A stretch of 63,189 nt of DNA, filler included, from Chiloscyllium plagiosum (lineage: Eukaryota): NCBI RefSeq assembly GCF_004010195.1. It is 3 parts of one record of this genome, joined end to end, with 100 filler letters (N's around TTAATTAATTAA, not from the genome) between each part and the next. Parts side by side here need not be neighbours in the genome. Positions count along the whole stretch, not along the records: positions 1 to 26,735 come from NC_057714.1; 2 more parts are not named here. One strand, written 5' to 3'. Below the pieces are notes generated by a model. It made no database searches. It was not told where the DNA came from and saw only the letters and a program-made list of their open reading frames with translations. The number at the start of each line of letters is the position of its first letter. Positions within the stretch are counted from its first letter, which is position 1. The position numbers and the translations under genes are program-made. Positions 12,640 through 26,066 of the stretch are shown here, piece by piece.

Positions 12640-13630
12640 TAAGGGTAGGTAAAGATAAATGATTTCTACTGGTTGTGGATTCTAGAACTAGGGGGAACAG
12701 TCTGAGAATTAGGGCCAGACCATTCAGGAGAGATGTTAGGAAGCACTTCTACACACAAAGGTGATGGAGACTTGGAACTTTCGGCAGTGGATGCTGGATC
12801 AGTTGTCAATTTTAAATCTGAGATAGATAAATTTTTGTTAAGCAAAGGTATTCAAAGGCAGGTACATGGAGTTGGGCCACAAATCAGCAAGGAACTCATT
12901 GAATGATGGAACAGGCTCGAGGGGCTGAATGGACTACACCTGTTCCTATGTTCCTGTGTGAGTAGTGCATTGCCTGTGAAGTGCTGTGGGATTATAGCTA
13001 ATAGCATGCTGGCCTTCATAACAAGAGGAACTGAGTATAGAAGCAAAGAGGTCCTTCTGCAGCTGTACAGGGCCTTGTGAGACTGCACCTGGAATATTGT
13101 GCGCAGTTTTGGTCTCCAAATTTGAGGAAAGACATTCTGGCTATTGAGGGAGTGCAACATAGATTCATAAGGTCAATTCCCGGAATGGCGGGACTATCTT
13201 ATGCTGAAAGATTGGAGCGACTGGGCTTGTATACGCTTGAGTTTAGAAGACTGAGAGGGGATCTGATTGAGACGTATAAGATTATTTAAGGATTGGACAC
13301 TCTGGAGGCAGGAAGCATGTTTCCGCTGATGGGTGAGTCCTGAACCAGAGGTCACAATTTAAAAATAAGGGGTCGGCCACTTAGAACAGAGTTGAGGAGA
13401 AACTTCTTCACCCAGAGAGTGGTGGGCATATGGAATGCTTTGCCCCAGAGGGCAGTGGAGACCAAGTCTCTGGATACTTTCAAGAAAGAGTAGGATAGAG
13501 CTCTTAAGGACAGTGGAATCAAGGGTTATGGGGATAAGGCAGGAACAGGATACTGATCAGCCATGATTATAATGAATGGTGGTGGTGGCTCGAAGGGCAG
13601 AATGGTCTACTCCTGCACCTATTGTCTATT
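12640..13630 (+). mobile_element. Two adjacent CR1 3' fragments, ending ~45 bp from the TTC21A exon 4 donor
   Basis: HLEYCAQFWSPNLRKD and RRLRGDLIETYKI; tails tcctatgttcc and attgtctatt. Confidence 0.9.
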
Positions 13631-13673
13631 ATGGCAGATGGGTACATGGCTTAACCCAACATAAGTTACATAC

Positions 13674-13840
13674 CTCCTTTGACCCACTGAAAATTTTCAG
13701 TATCCTGTTAGTGTGTTCACGAGCTTCCTGATACTGATTCACAAGGAACAGGAACATGCTGGCATAATACAAAGCTTTTTCACCTGCCGATTTCTCACAT
13801 TCCCTGAGCTTTCTGTCAAGTTCGTGAATGGCATCGTGAT
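13674..13840 (-). CDS. TTC21A: TTC21A-like coding exon (exon 4 equivalent)
   Basis: ttccaag|AT...GAG|gtatg; 167 bp; DHDAIHELDRKLRECEKSAGEKALYYASMFLFLVNQYQEAREHTNRILKIFSGSKE, compare human TTC21A DREAIQELE...ALYYAGLFL and TTC21B AGEKALY. Confidence 0.92.
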
Positions 13841-14259
13841 CTTGGAAAGGCAAAATACTTCTTAGTCATTTTAGCATCAGGAAGCAAGATTCTGTGTTTT
13901 TGCTAAAACTGTCCACAATGTGCCTTTTCTCTGGCACCTTTACAGTTGTAAAACATCCAAAGATACCGCAAACAAAATTTGGCACTGAGATGCATAAACA
14001 CAGATATCCAAAAGTTTGGTCAAAAAATTTGTTTTTAATATGGGTCTTGTAGGAAGAGAGAGAGGTGGAAATACAGGGAAGCTTCAGGAAATTAAAGATC
14101 TTAGATCCAATTGCTGCTGAAGACACGACCACCAAAGATGCAGTGATTTAAAATCAGGGATATGCAAGAGGCCAGAATTGGAGGAGCTCTGACATCTTGT
14201 TGGTTTAAGGCAAAGCAGGCTGCAGAGGTAGGGAGGGGTGAAATCACAAGAGTTCTGTT

Positions 14260-14485
14260 GGGTGTTCTGGTTTCTTCCCACAGTCCAAAGATGCACAGGT
14301 TAGGTGGATTGGCCTTGCTAAGTTGCCCTGTAGTGTCCAGGGATTTGTAGACTAGGTGGATCAGCCATGGTATATGTAGAATGACAGGATCTGGGTGGAT
14401 CTGGGTGGGATGCTCTTCAGATGGTCAGTGCAGACTTGATGGGCCAAATGGCTTCTCTTTGCACAGTAGGGATTTTATGATTCTC
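14260..14485 (+). mobile_element. Partial HE1/V-SINE next to an L2-like remnant (~13900-14250)
   Basis: cccacagtccaaagatg..caggttaggtggattggcc.tgctaa.ttgccc motif. Confidence 0.7.
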
Positions 14486-14679
14486 AGCATTGAGAAGGGG
14501 TTAAGTATTTCTCCAGGGCCAATTTGCCTTTCTCGCCAGCTCCAGGCAGGGGAAAAATGCACCCTTTGCTTAGCTCTCCACAGATACTGCATATGTTGGG
14601 TTTTTCCAACAGTCCGTGCTTTAATTTCAGATTTTCAGAATCAACAGCTTTTTGTTTTTATTTAAAATTGACAAATTCC

Positions 14680-17445
14680 AGAATTGAGAAACATGGCTCA
14701 GGGATGGGCAGGACTGGCAGCTTAATGTTCCAGGATACAAATGCCACAGGAAGGATAGAAAGGGAGGCAAGAGAGGAGTGGCGTTTTTATTAAGGGATAG
14801 CATTACAGCTGTGCTGAGGGAGGATATTCCTGGAAATACATCCAAGCAAGTTATTTGGATGGTACTGAGAAATAAGAAGGGGATGATCACCTTATTGGGA
14901 TTGTATTATAGACCTCCTAATAGTCAGAGAGAAATTGAGAAACAAATTTGTAAGGAGATCTCAGCTATCTGTAAGAATAATAGGGTGATTACGGTAGGGG
15001 ATTTTAACTTTCCAAACATAAACTGGAACTGCCATAGTGTTAAGGGTTTAGATGGAAAGGAATTGGTTAAGGGTGTACAAGACAATTTTCTGATTCAGTG
15101 TGTGGATGTACCTACAAGAGAAGGTGCAAAACTTGACCTACTCTTGGGAAATAAGGCAGGGCAGGTGACTGAGGTGTCAGTGGGGGAGCACTTAGGGACC
15201 AACGACCATAATTCTATTAGATTTAAAATAGTGATGGAAAAAGATAGACTAGATCTAAAAGTTGAAATTTTAATTGGAGAAAGGCCAATTTTGACAGTAT
15301 TAGGCAAGAACTTTCGAAAGCTGTTTGGGGGCAGATGTTCACAGATAAAGGGATGGTTGGAAAATGGGAAGCTTCAGAAATGAGATAACAAGAATCCAGA
15401 GAAAGTATAATCCTGTTAGGGTGAAAGGAAAGGCTGGTAGGTATAGGGAATGCAGGGTGATTAAAGAAATTGAGGGTTTGGTTAAGAAAAAGAAGGAAGC
15501 ATATATAAGGTATAGACAGGATAGATCAAGTGAATCCTAAGAAGAGTATAAAGGTAGTAGGAGTATACTTAAGAGGGAAATCAGGAGGGCAAAAAGGGGA
15601 CATGAGAGAACTTTGGCAAATAGAATTAAGAAGAATCCAAAGGGTTTTTACAAATACATTAAGGACAAAAGGGTAACTAGAGAGAAAATAGGGCCCCTCA
15701 AAGATCAGCAAGGCGGCCTTTGTGTGGAGCCAGAGAAAATGTGGGAGATACTAAACGAGTATTTTGCATCAGTATTTACTGTGGAAAAGGGTATGGAAGA
15801 TATAGACTGTAGGGAAATAGATGGTGACACCTTACAAAATGTCCAAATTACAGAGGAGGAATGCTGGATGTCTTGAAACGCATAAGGTGGATAAATCCCC
15901 AGGACCTGATCAGGTGTATGCTAGAACTCTGTGGGAAGCCAGAGAAGTGATTGCTGGGCCTCTTGCTGAGATATTTGTATCATCGATAGTCACAGGAGAC
16001 GTGCCGGAAGATTGGAGGTTGGCAAATGTGATGCCACTGTTTAAGAAGGGTGGTAAGAACAAGCCAGGGAACTATACACCAGTGAGCCTGACGTTGGTGG
16101 TGGGCAAGTTGTTGGTGGGAATCCTGAGGGACAGAATATACATGTATTTGGAAAGGCAAGGACTGATTAGGATAAGCAACATGGCTTTGTGCATGGGAAA
16201 TCATATCTCACAAACTTGACTGAGTTTTTTGAAGAGGTAACAAAGAGGATTGATGAGCGCAGAGTGATAGGTGTGGTCTGTATGGATTTCAGTAAGGCGT
16301 TCGACAAGGTTCCCCATGGGAGATTGATTAGCAAGGTTAGACCCCATGGAATACAGTGAGAATTAGCCATTTGGATACAGAACTGGCTAAAAGGTAGAAG
16401 ACAGAGGGTGGTGGTGGAGGGTTGTTTTTCAGATTGGAGGCCTGTGACCAGTGGAGTGCCACATGGATCGGTCCTCTACTTTTGTCATTTACATAAATGA
16501 TTTGGATGTGAGCATAAGAGGTACAGTTAGTAAGTTTGCAAATGACACCAAAATTGGAGGTGTAGTGGACAGCGAAGAGGGTTACCTCAGATTACAACAG
16601 GATCTTGACCAGATGGGCCAATGGGCTGAGAAGTGGCAGATGGAGTTTAATTCAAACAAATGCGAGGTGCTGCATTTTGGGAAAGTAAATCTTAGCAGGA
16701 CGTATACGCTTAATGGTAAGATCCTAGGGAGTATTGCTGAACAAAGAGACCTTGGAGTGCATGTTCATAGCTCCTTGAAAGTGGAGTCGCAGGTAGGTAG
16801 GATAGTGAAGAAAGCGTTTGGTATGCTTTCCTTTATTGGTCAGAGTATTGAGTACAGGAGTTGGGAGGTCTTGTTGCAGCTGTAAAGGATATTGGTTAGG
16901 CCACTATTGGAATATTGCATGCAATTCTGGTCTCCTTCCTATCGGAAACATGTTGTGAAACATGAAAGGGTTCAGAAAAGATTTACAAGGATGTGGTCAG
17001 GATTGGAAGATTTGAGCTATGGGGAGAGGCTGAACAGGCTGGGGCTGTTTTTCCTGGAGTGTCGGAGGCTGAGGGGTGACCTTATAGAGGTTATGAGGGG
17101 CATGGATAGGGTAAATAGGCAAAGTCTTTTTCCCAGGGTTGTGGAGTCCAGAATGAGAGGGCATAGGTTTAGGGTGAGAGGGAAAGATATAAAAGAGACT
17201 TAAGGGGCAACTTTTTCACATAGAGGGTGGTACATGTATGGAATGAGCTGCCAAAGGAAGTGGTGGAGGCTGGTACAATTGCAACATTTAAGAGGCAGTT
17301 GGATGGGTATATGAATAGGAAGGGTTTGGAGGGATATGGGCCGGGTGCTGGCAGGTGGGACTAGATTGGGTTGGGATATCTGGTCAGCATGGACAGGTTG
17401 GACCGAAGGGTCTGTTTCCCTGCTGTACACCTCTATGACTCTATG
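14680..17445 (+). mobile_element. CR1 LINE, 5'-truncated, degenerate ORF2 (APE endonuclease part, RT, 3' UTR)
   Basis: YYRPPNS, GDFNFPNI, LDLLLGN, KSPGPD, FA(D/N)DTKIGG and RPLLEYC motifs with frameshifts and stops; ends with ctctatgactctatg tail. Confidence 0.95.
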
Positions 17446-18629
17446 TTGGACTGGGAGACAATGTAGGTTAGCAAGTCCGAGTGGTTGATAAACAAGTTTA
17501 ATTATACACAAGAAAGCTGCAGAATATCAAAAGATCCACTCAGCCCATTAAGCATTTTCCTTCCACAGCAAGATATATTCACAAGGGAAAGCTCTGTACA
17601 AAAACTCACTGTCCTAAGAGGAACAACACAAGATGCTGAATATTCAAGGATTCATCTCAATACATCATAAATGTTGTGATGGTTCCTTACTCCACCATCC
17701 TTTCAGGCAGTGAGTTTCTAATACTCACAACCTCCTCTAAAGCTCCCCTGAATTACTTCCAACTCAGATATGTTACATCCTTAAGGTAACAAATTGTACA
17801 CAGGACTCCTTCCATCTCAAGCCAGACATATCTTCGAAAAATATTTTTAATGCCAGGCTTTTTTTTTGCAATGCAGTGAATGTGAAACCAAAGTCCAATC
17901 TGCTCTCTCAGGTACTTGTGAAAGGCTTTGACCCTATTGAAACAGGGAGTAACAACAACAATCTTAACACTCTTATAATATTAATAATAATTGTATTACT
18001 TATGAGGGATTTACCTTCTAGAAGATTTCTCCAAAGCAATAGGAAATTGGACTGTCAGAGCACAAAGATGGGAGCATTTGTGCTTTGGGGAAAGAAGTTG
18101 TATTTGATGGATGCAGGATTTTAAATGAGCATAAAGGACAAGTTACTGAGACCAAAAAATGCTGGAAATCAGTGGGTCAGGCAGCACCTGAGGAGAGAGA
18201 ACAAGCTAACAGTTCGAGTCTAGATGATTCATCAGAGTTTAGAAGACAAGCTATCAGCTCAGAATATGAAACTGGAGCGGGTAAGCTATGAAAGAGAATA
18301 TTTCATTTTGTGTTCCCTGGATCTGAAATTGATTATCTCACAGTCAACTCTCATTGATCTCCATCTTCCCCAGTTTTGTCCACTTGCTTAATCAATCTGG
18401 GTCTTTCTTTAAAATTCTGCAGCCATTTGCACTACTTACTGCACCTCCTAATTTAGTACCATCTGCAAATCTGGATACACAACTCTCTATTCCCTTATCC
18501 AATTCACTAATGCATAGATATTGCAGAGGATGATTTCCAATTGACTTTAGAATGTTCCTAGAACAGATAAACAGAAGATTCTTGGTCCTTTGAGCCTATT
18601 CAATTAAATCAGGGCCGTTTATCCCTGAA

Positions 18630-18760
18630 CAAGAAGAAGGGCTTATGCCCGAAACGTCGATTCTCCTGCTCCTCGGATGCTGCCTGGCCTGCTTTGGTTT
18701 TTCCAGCACCACATTTTTCAACTCTGGTACTCCAGCATCTGCAGTCCTTACTTTCTCCTC
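18630..18760 (+). mobile_element. Penelope-derived short element (broken hammerhead core)
   Basis: gaagggcttatgcccgaaacgtcgattctcctgctcctcggatgctgcc...ctccagcatctgcagtcc. Confidence 0.8.
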
Positions 18761-18832
18761 CTTAAAAAAAACTTGTTTTGAAATGTTCAATTCACTTGGT
18801 CTAAGCAGGATCTAAGATCGATTAATTAATAA

Positions 18833-19250
18833 GCACAGACTCTTTGGTCCAATTCGTCCATGCTAATCAAATATCTTAAATTAATTGAGTCCCATTTGCC
18901 AGCATTTGGCCCTCATCCCTCGAAAACCTTCCTATTCATATACCCATCCATATGCCTCTTAAATGTTGTAATTGTACCAGCCTCCACCACTTCCTTTGGC
19001 AGCTCAGTTCATACGCACACCACCCTGTGTGTGAAAAAGTTGCTCCTTAGGTCACTTTTATATTTTTCCCTTTGCACCTTAAACCAATGCCCTCTAGTTC
19101 TGGACTCCCCTACCCTGGGAGAAAGACTTTGGCTATTCACCTCATCAATGCCCCTCATGATTTTATAACCTCAAAAAGGTGACCCTTCAGCCTCTGACAT
19201 TCCAAGGGGAAAAAAAACAGCTTATCCCTGTAGCTCAAATCTCTAACTAG
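18833..19250 (-). mobile_element. CR1 3' fragment
   Basis: Reverse complement of the 17050-17420 CR1 tail. Confidence 0.85.
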
Positions 19251-19529
19251 CTGGTGAATAGAATTACAGAAGTAAGATTTTGAAAACTCAGATGGATTTG
19301 TACAGAAACACATGATTGTACTTTAGCTGTGAATAACATACACTGCAGTATAATGCCTCTTTTCTTATGAAACAGAGGTATACAGTGTACCACAGTAATA
19401 GTCTGTCGTGCACAGAAACATACTGTCTTACAGAAGATCCATAAATTGCTACTACTAATGTTACAAAAGGGAAGTAGAATTAGAGTGAAATGTTAGCCAG
19501 AAAGCCATTAAAATAAACATTATTGTGGA

Positions 19530-20010
19530 CAGTTCTAGGTGCAATATAGGAAAGGTGTGAATGTGGAAGCAATTGAAGGACGGGCTCCACGAATCAGAAA
19601 CTTCACTTATGAGGATAGATTGAAGAGATTAGGAGTATTCTCCTTGGAGAGAAGAAGCATGAGAGGAGTTTTGATAGAGGTTTTCAAAATCATGAGAGGG
19701 CTGATACAGTAGCTAAGGAGAAGCTGTTCCCACTCGGAAAAAGAACAAGTACAAGGGTACATAGATTTGGGTGACTTGCAAACAAAGCAAGAGTGACGCG
19801 AGAAAAAAACTTTCTCACTCAGCGAATAGTCAGGGTACTGCTCGGAAATGTGGTGGAGGTAGGCTCAATTGAGGCATTCAAGAGGGAAGTTATTTGGATA
19901 GAATTAGTGTGGAGGGATGTGGGGAAAAAGGCAGGAGATTGGTTCCAGGTAATAGAACCGCAGGCATGACTGGCTGAATGACATCCTTCTGCACAGTAAC
20001 AATTCTGTCA
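19530..20010 (+). mobile_element. Old CR1 3' fragment
   Basis: ggagagaagaagc.tgagaggag.tttgatagaggttttcaaaatcatgag. Confidence 0.7.
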
Positions 20011-20155
20011 TTCCATTAATGTTTGATCAGAAAGCCATCTAAGCAGTGAATCCAATGAAAATTTCAGCTCTTCTACGCATGTTGACATTTCTTGTGAATG
20101 TTGTTAACAATTCCTGACAGGATGAGTAAAAAATCATAATTCTTGCAGGACCTAC

Positions 20156-20266
20156 CAATTATTGAGCTCCTTCTGTGTGCATAAATGAGGGCAATGATTG
20201 AGCACAGTGATATTTTTTGGTTGCCCTTAATTGTCTCAAGGAGTCTGATGGTTTCTTGGGTTTGGC
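20156..20266 (-). CDS. TTC21A: TTC21A-like (IFT139, TPR protein) coding exon, equivalent to human exon 3
   Basis: Minus strand acag|GC CAA...ATT G|gtagg; 111 bp; encodes GQTQETIRLLETIKGNQKISLCSIIALIYAHRRSSII, matching the TTC21A/B SLCS..ALIYAH motif; size as recalled for the human TTC21B exon. Confidence 0.9.
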
Positions 20267-20364
20267 CTGTAAATGCAATGGCACAAGTTTTAGAATAGGG
20301 GATGAGAAAAATATATTCAGCCAACTGAAGCACACAGACCTCTCACCATGCTCTCAGTATAGGG

Positions 20365-21540
20365 CGATGGTGGAGTAGTGGTAATGTCACTCAAAATCCC
20401 AAAGTTCAGGCAAATCTTTTGGAGATGTGGGCTCAAATCACACCATTGTGGCTGGTGGAATATAAGTTGAATTAATAAATCTGGAATTGAAAGCTGTCAC
20501 CATCTTTTTGTTTTATTATTGTGAGGGTGCCATTGGCCAGGCAAGCAATTATTGCCCAGTTAAGAGTCAACCATATTGCTGTGGGTCTGGAGTCCCATTT
20601 AGGTCAGACCACATAAAGATGCAGTTCCTTCCCTAAAGGACTTCAGTGAACCAGATATTCTTTTTTTCCTGACAATTGATTCATGGTCATCATTAGACTC
20701 TTAATTCCAGATTCTTTATTAAACTCAAATTCTACCAACTGCCATGATGGGATTTGAACCCATGTACTCAGAACATGGCCTGGGTCTCTAGATTAACAAT
20801 CCAGCAATAATACCACTAGGCCATTGTCTCCCCCTCTGTTCATTAGTATGTGCTAGGGAGGGAAATTTGTCATTCTCACCACACCCACAACAACGTGACT
20901 AACTCTGAAATGGGCTTGCAAATCAACAACAGCTTCTTCAATAGATTAGTCACATTTATAATAATTAATTTTATGTGAAGTATTTCTCGAAGACGTAACT
21001 ATGACCAGTGAAAGAGCAAACAGAGTTTGATTTCCTGTTACATAAATCACTGAAAATACTAATGCACTCATTCAGAATATAATCAAAAAAGCCAACAAAG
21101 GAGTTGGTCTTTATCTTAAGGAAGCTGGAATATTACAGGAACAGTTCCATTAACCAAACTGGTCAGTACCAGTGTTGTTTTAATATTCTTTAATGGGATG
21201 TGGGTATCACTTGCAAGCCAGCATTTGTTTCCCAGCTCTAGTTGTCTGCAGAGTGACTTGCTGGGCCATTTTGGAGTCAACCACATTGCTGTGGGTTTGG
21301 AGTCACGAGGAGAACAGACCAGGTAATGATGGCAGGTTTCCTTCCCTTGAGGGAGTCAGTTAATATGATGAGCCTTCTATGACAACTGGTGTTAGTTTAA
21401 TGGTCACCATTTCTGAGACTCACTTTTGATTCTAGATTTTTTAAAAGTTCCACCAGCTGCTAAAATGAGATTTTCGACCCATGTTCACAGAGCATGGGCC
21501 TGGGCCACTGCATTACTAGTACAGAAATATTACTAACGAC
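20365..21540. mobile_element. Cluster of tRNA-derived SINE copies (20365-20500 plus, 20520-20830 minus, 21190-21540 minus)
   Basis: Share gtcaaccacattgctgtgggt.tggagtc and tRNA-like heads with the copies at 31340 and 49252. Confidence 0.7.
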
Positions 21541-24500
21541 AGGTAACTTCTCCCATATGTTTTCACTTTAGTATATCAGACTACACTTAGGGATGTTGTG
21601 GCACAGGAGGTAGTGTCCTTACCTCTTGCCTTAGGTCTCATCTGCCTCAGAGTGAGCCATAAACTGCCTGGAGAAGTTGTTTCAAAACAATTTTAAGCTA
21701 GCCACCCCAGTCAGTATGGGGTGAGGCCACTTATCTCTGGGTAGTGCATTTGAATCTCACATTGAGCGAGCAGCATCCTTTAAGAAGCCTGCAGTGCAAT
21801 AATAATGTCCCAACCTCTGGGCCAGAGGATCTGGCTTCACGTTCCACCTGCCACAGAGATGTGGCGTAGCATGATTAAAATAATTATCACTTTACATGTT
21901 TTGCCTCCTTTGACATCCAGTTACATGATGTGCAAATGAAGTCAGGGTTATATTAAAAAAAAACGTTATCACTTACCAAATCCTTGGGGTCTGGAATGCA
22001 GTGCTTGGAAATGTGGTGGAGACAGGTTTAATTTACTGTCAGATGGCATTGGATGGTTATTTTAATAGCAATGACGCACAGGGATGTGGGGAAAAGGCAG
22101 GAGATTAGCATCACATAACAGAATTGGTACAGACATGATGGGCCAAATGACCTCCTCTTGCATTGTAACAATTCTGTGAGCTGAGGTGTACATATCTAGC
22201 TCGCCATTATGTGCATCTAAAAACACACTTCCTTCCTTTCTCTAAAGCTAATCCCTTCTTGCTTGATAAAGCTCCATAAGTATCAGGTGCCTTTTGGTAT
22301 TTTGTCCAAATTATTGATGTTTTAGCTTTGACATTGAGAGCTTGCAGGTTGCTTGGATGTGGGGCCCATCACAGCTGAATCAATTTTATTATCCTTTGAT
22401 ATCCATTCCCTTTATGTACATTCCCATGGTGGAGGGAATCATGATCAGAACTGGGAGTGAGCTGCTCTCACCCCTCGCCCTGGGGACAATCTATTACAAT
22501 GTTGCCTGAGCTCAGCCAGTATAGGGGTTGGAGCTGGGATTCACACAAAGGGGATTCATACAAAGCTTCAGTCAGGCATAGCCTTGTATAGATCTTGGTC
22601 GAGGTGAAGAACTGCATTTGGTTTTGAGCATTGATCTACATGAAAGCTATATTGGCTAATGAAAACTCACAAGTGTAAGTTTTAGTTTAGCAGTGGCACT
22701 TACACACCTGAGCCAGATCTACTTAAAAGGCCTGTAGCTCACCTTTCTTACATTCTTCCTTACTACAGTCCCCGTTATGTTGATCTGTCCCTCAATTCTA
22801 TGCAGGCCTTTAACAAATAACCAAGGAATACTTGTACCGAAACAATAGAATGAAAGAATTTTGGTTGATAACACCTCATGCTTCCAGATGTCTCATTAAT
22901 AAATTATTATTTGAGATCCAATGACCTACAATGGATGGAATCCTATTAATTAGTAAGACATTTACAGCCAAGTTTCCTGAGTAGGTTTACTGTCAGATGG
23001 CAGTGACAAAAGGGCATCACGGCAACATTGATGCAGTGGGCCCAGTGGCTCTGATATTGGTTGGTCCACCACAGGCAGCTGTGAGATGGTAGTGAAGAGA
23101 TATCAGGCCAACACCAAGGATGGTGCCTTAAGGTCAGTGATTTCAATGCTGGTTGAGTACGTTGTAGACAGTGGTGAGGCACTGTAAAATACATGTGACA
23201 AAATCAAAATATGACATTGTATCATATTTACAAGCACATTATAATTTTGTGTTTTATCTTTGAACTAATGGGAAGATGTTTGATTATGATTTTGATCATT
23301 AATTAGTATCTTTCTTAATATCATACAGAGCCTTCCAAAGTCAGGAGTCCGGAACCTAAGTGGAGTTGTAATCTGAAGTGTTGTGATCACTATTGCCTTG
23401 CTATAGTAGGACTGCGTCAGTTCAAGAAGGCAACTCACCACTACCTTCACAATGGCAACTAGAGACAGATAGTAAATGCTGGCCTGCCAGCAGTGCCCAC
23501 ATCCCATGAGTGAATACAATTGGGTCTTCTTCTCCACTCCTCCTTGCTGAGGCGTCGGTACTGTTTTCAAACCTCAAAATGGAGTCAGTGTGAAATCGTT
23601 TGGAAAGCGCTGCCTTAGCATTTAATGGGTAGGATCTTGATGCAAAATAACAGCCTGTTAATGACACAATCCGCGTGTGCTGAATGATTAGTCAGTTCAG
23701 GGAATTAAGAGATAGGCCATGCATTATAAATCTCCAGAACTTGTTGGCCCCTTGAACAAAAGGTATCTTGGCATTAACTTCTCCACGATTTCTAAGAGCT
23801 TTCTGGAATTGCACTTGCTTTGCCTCTTGAAATTACCACAGAAATTAGGATTGGACGTCAATCAATACCAGGGAACCAGAAAGGTTAGCTGAGGGCAGAA
23901 CCAGATATTTGGAACTATGGTACAATCACAAGTAATGAAACTTGGTTTTAAGAAGCACAGGAATGGTAGTTCCACATTCCTGGTTTAAAAGGCTATCAAC
24001 TGAAACAGAGAGTGGGGATTAAAAAGGATTTCAATATTAGTTAATATGTAGAACAAAGAAGGTAAAATCTCACTGTTGGACTAAATTATGAACCTCTGTA
24101 TGGGCAGCAGAGAACAAATGCCAGGACAACTTCCTGACAGGTGCAAAGATCTGTAAGGTGGAAATAGGGAATTTCAACTAATTCAAGAATAACTTGGATC
24201 AAATCAATGTAATAGGTAGAGAGAGAGTGATGAATTCAACAGATTTTTTTGTTACTATAAAGCAAATACAGAAAGAGAAGGAATTTGGTTTTAGGGATAA
24301 AATGTGGGCAGATGGAAAAGGTATCAATGGAAGAACATTTTCATGAAAGTGATTATAACTCTCTCTCTAAAGTAGGTGATCAATGGATGATGGTGCTTCA
24401 CTGGAATAGCACTGTAGCAAACCCAAGACAGATGAATTGGCTCGGGACCATGGTGGTGTGTTAAAGCATCAGCCAATATGAAAGGTCAGGATCATTTTTG

Positions 24501-24559
24501 TGGACTGAACATATGTACAATCTCATTACAATGAAAATCAGTGGGCCAATAGTGTAAAT

Positions 24560-24890
24560 CCAGCCTATCCCCAGAAATGGAAACAGACATATCGAGGAGG
24601 GGAAGGGATGGGCCAGAGATAGACCAGGTGAAGGTGAGAGTGAGGTGGAAATTGGAAGCAAACCTGACCAAACTTTTTCAATTCTGGGCGAGAGAGGGAA
24701 GCAGCACTGATGATATCATTGACATACTGGAGAAAGAGTTGAGGGAGGGGGCTTGAGTAGGACTGGGACAAGGGAAGTTTCATATAGCCCACAACAAGAG
24801 AAACATGGGTGGAGTCTATGTGGGTAACCATGGCCACATCTTTGATCTGAATAAATGGTTAAAGGGGAGTTAAAGGAGAAGTTGTGAGAA
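24560..24890 (-). mobile_element. Penelope-like element RT fragment
   Basis: VAMVTHIDSTHVSLVVGY...LPQLFLQYVNDIISAAS resembles the PLE RT motifs GVAMG...RYIDDI. Confidence 0.7.
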
Positions 24891-26066
24891 GAGAGACTGA
24901 AGGGGTGGTTGAGTCAGAAGCTCTTGTAACACTTAAGCAGTATACGGATATTCAGCAGTATTTAGATATTCACTTGCTTTGCCACAGCCTCCAGGGCATA
25001 CAGACCAAAAGGATAATGCACTTAGTGTGGTCAAAACTTCATTGATGGTGAGGACACAATGGGCCAACTGGCTTCTTTCTGTGCCAAAATAATGATATAA
25101 TTCATAACAGCATATGTAACTTTAGCTGACATGATAATTGCTAATGTACTGCCATACAAACATTTGGCTCTGATTTAAATCATTCGAACACATTCTTTGC
25201 ACACAATAAAGTGTTGTTTGAGAATTCATCATGTAAGTTTTTTTTAAAGAAAACTTTCCAATTTTCTCTTTTTGCATCTTTTCTGTTTCTCTCTTAATTT
25301 ACCTTTTCTTTCCCTCTCTTTATTTCACTTGCTGCACCAGAACTTAATTTACCCTCATGCACTGTCATCCATCAATAAAATTAAAATCCAGAAAGAAACT
25401 AAGGTCAGTTGCTGGTAGCATTGTTCATTAAGGCCCAAGATGTCTAGTTGCCCTCAGTATGCCATCATCGTCTTACATTTCCAACAAGTTCTGGTAAAAG
25501 ATATTTCCAAACTGATGGAGTGCATGGAAAAGCTTAAAGGTACATGTGATGAGATCTCCCACTCTAGTAAAATTTGACATAGGTATCGTCATCGTCCTTA
25601 CAGCACCCAAGGATTTGTCCATGGGACTTGCATAAACTTATAGTTAATCGATTCCTTTGTTTGTTCATGAATTCAAGCCAAGTTATTTCATTTGGTGCCT
25701 TAAATTAATCAAACTTCCTCGTTTCTTATAAATCCTGAAGATAAAATTGCCTTCTTGTCCTTCAGTCTTTCAAGTTGAATTTATTTCTACTATCCAGGAT
25801 GAATCACCAATCCATAATCCCTGAAATACCAGAATTGCTGTTGCTACACTACAGCAGTGATAATGTCAAGAGAAAATCAATTTCTGTGCAATATTTCGGG
25901 TTGGAGTGAGGTCGTGAAAGGCACTCTTAAGTCTTAAATTCTTTATTGAGTGGGCTGGGAAAATGCACAGTTCAAGCCCAAATGCAGAAACATTCAGTCA
26001 AAATAAGTGCACCTTGCAAATAGATTGGAAGGTGCTGGGGAGAGATATTGCAATTCGGAGGCATGA

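Noticed and set aside
14778..17203. Active or domesticated reverse transcriptase gene
   Set aside because: Multiple frameshifts and stops, 5'-truncated; ordinary dead CR1.
20972..21010. Minus-strand YVFEKYF resembling TTC21A YSQEKYF
   Set aside because: Stop codon two codons later and no exon boundaries; likely chance.
23540..23655. Candidate TTC21A exon 2 (SKRFHTDSILRF vs EKFSNDPVLKF)
   Set aside because: The frame from the nearby acceptor hits a stop, no suitable donor was found, and similarity is marginal.
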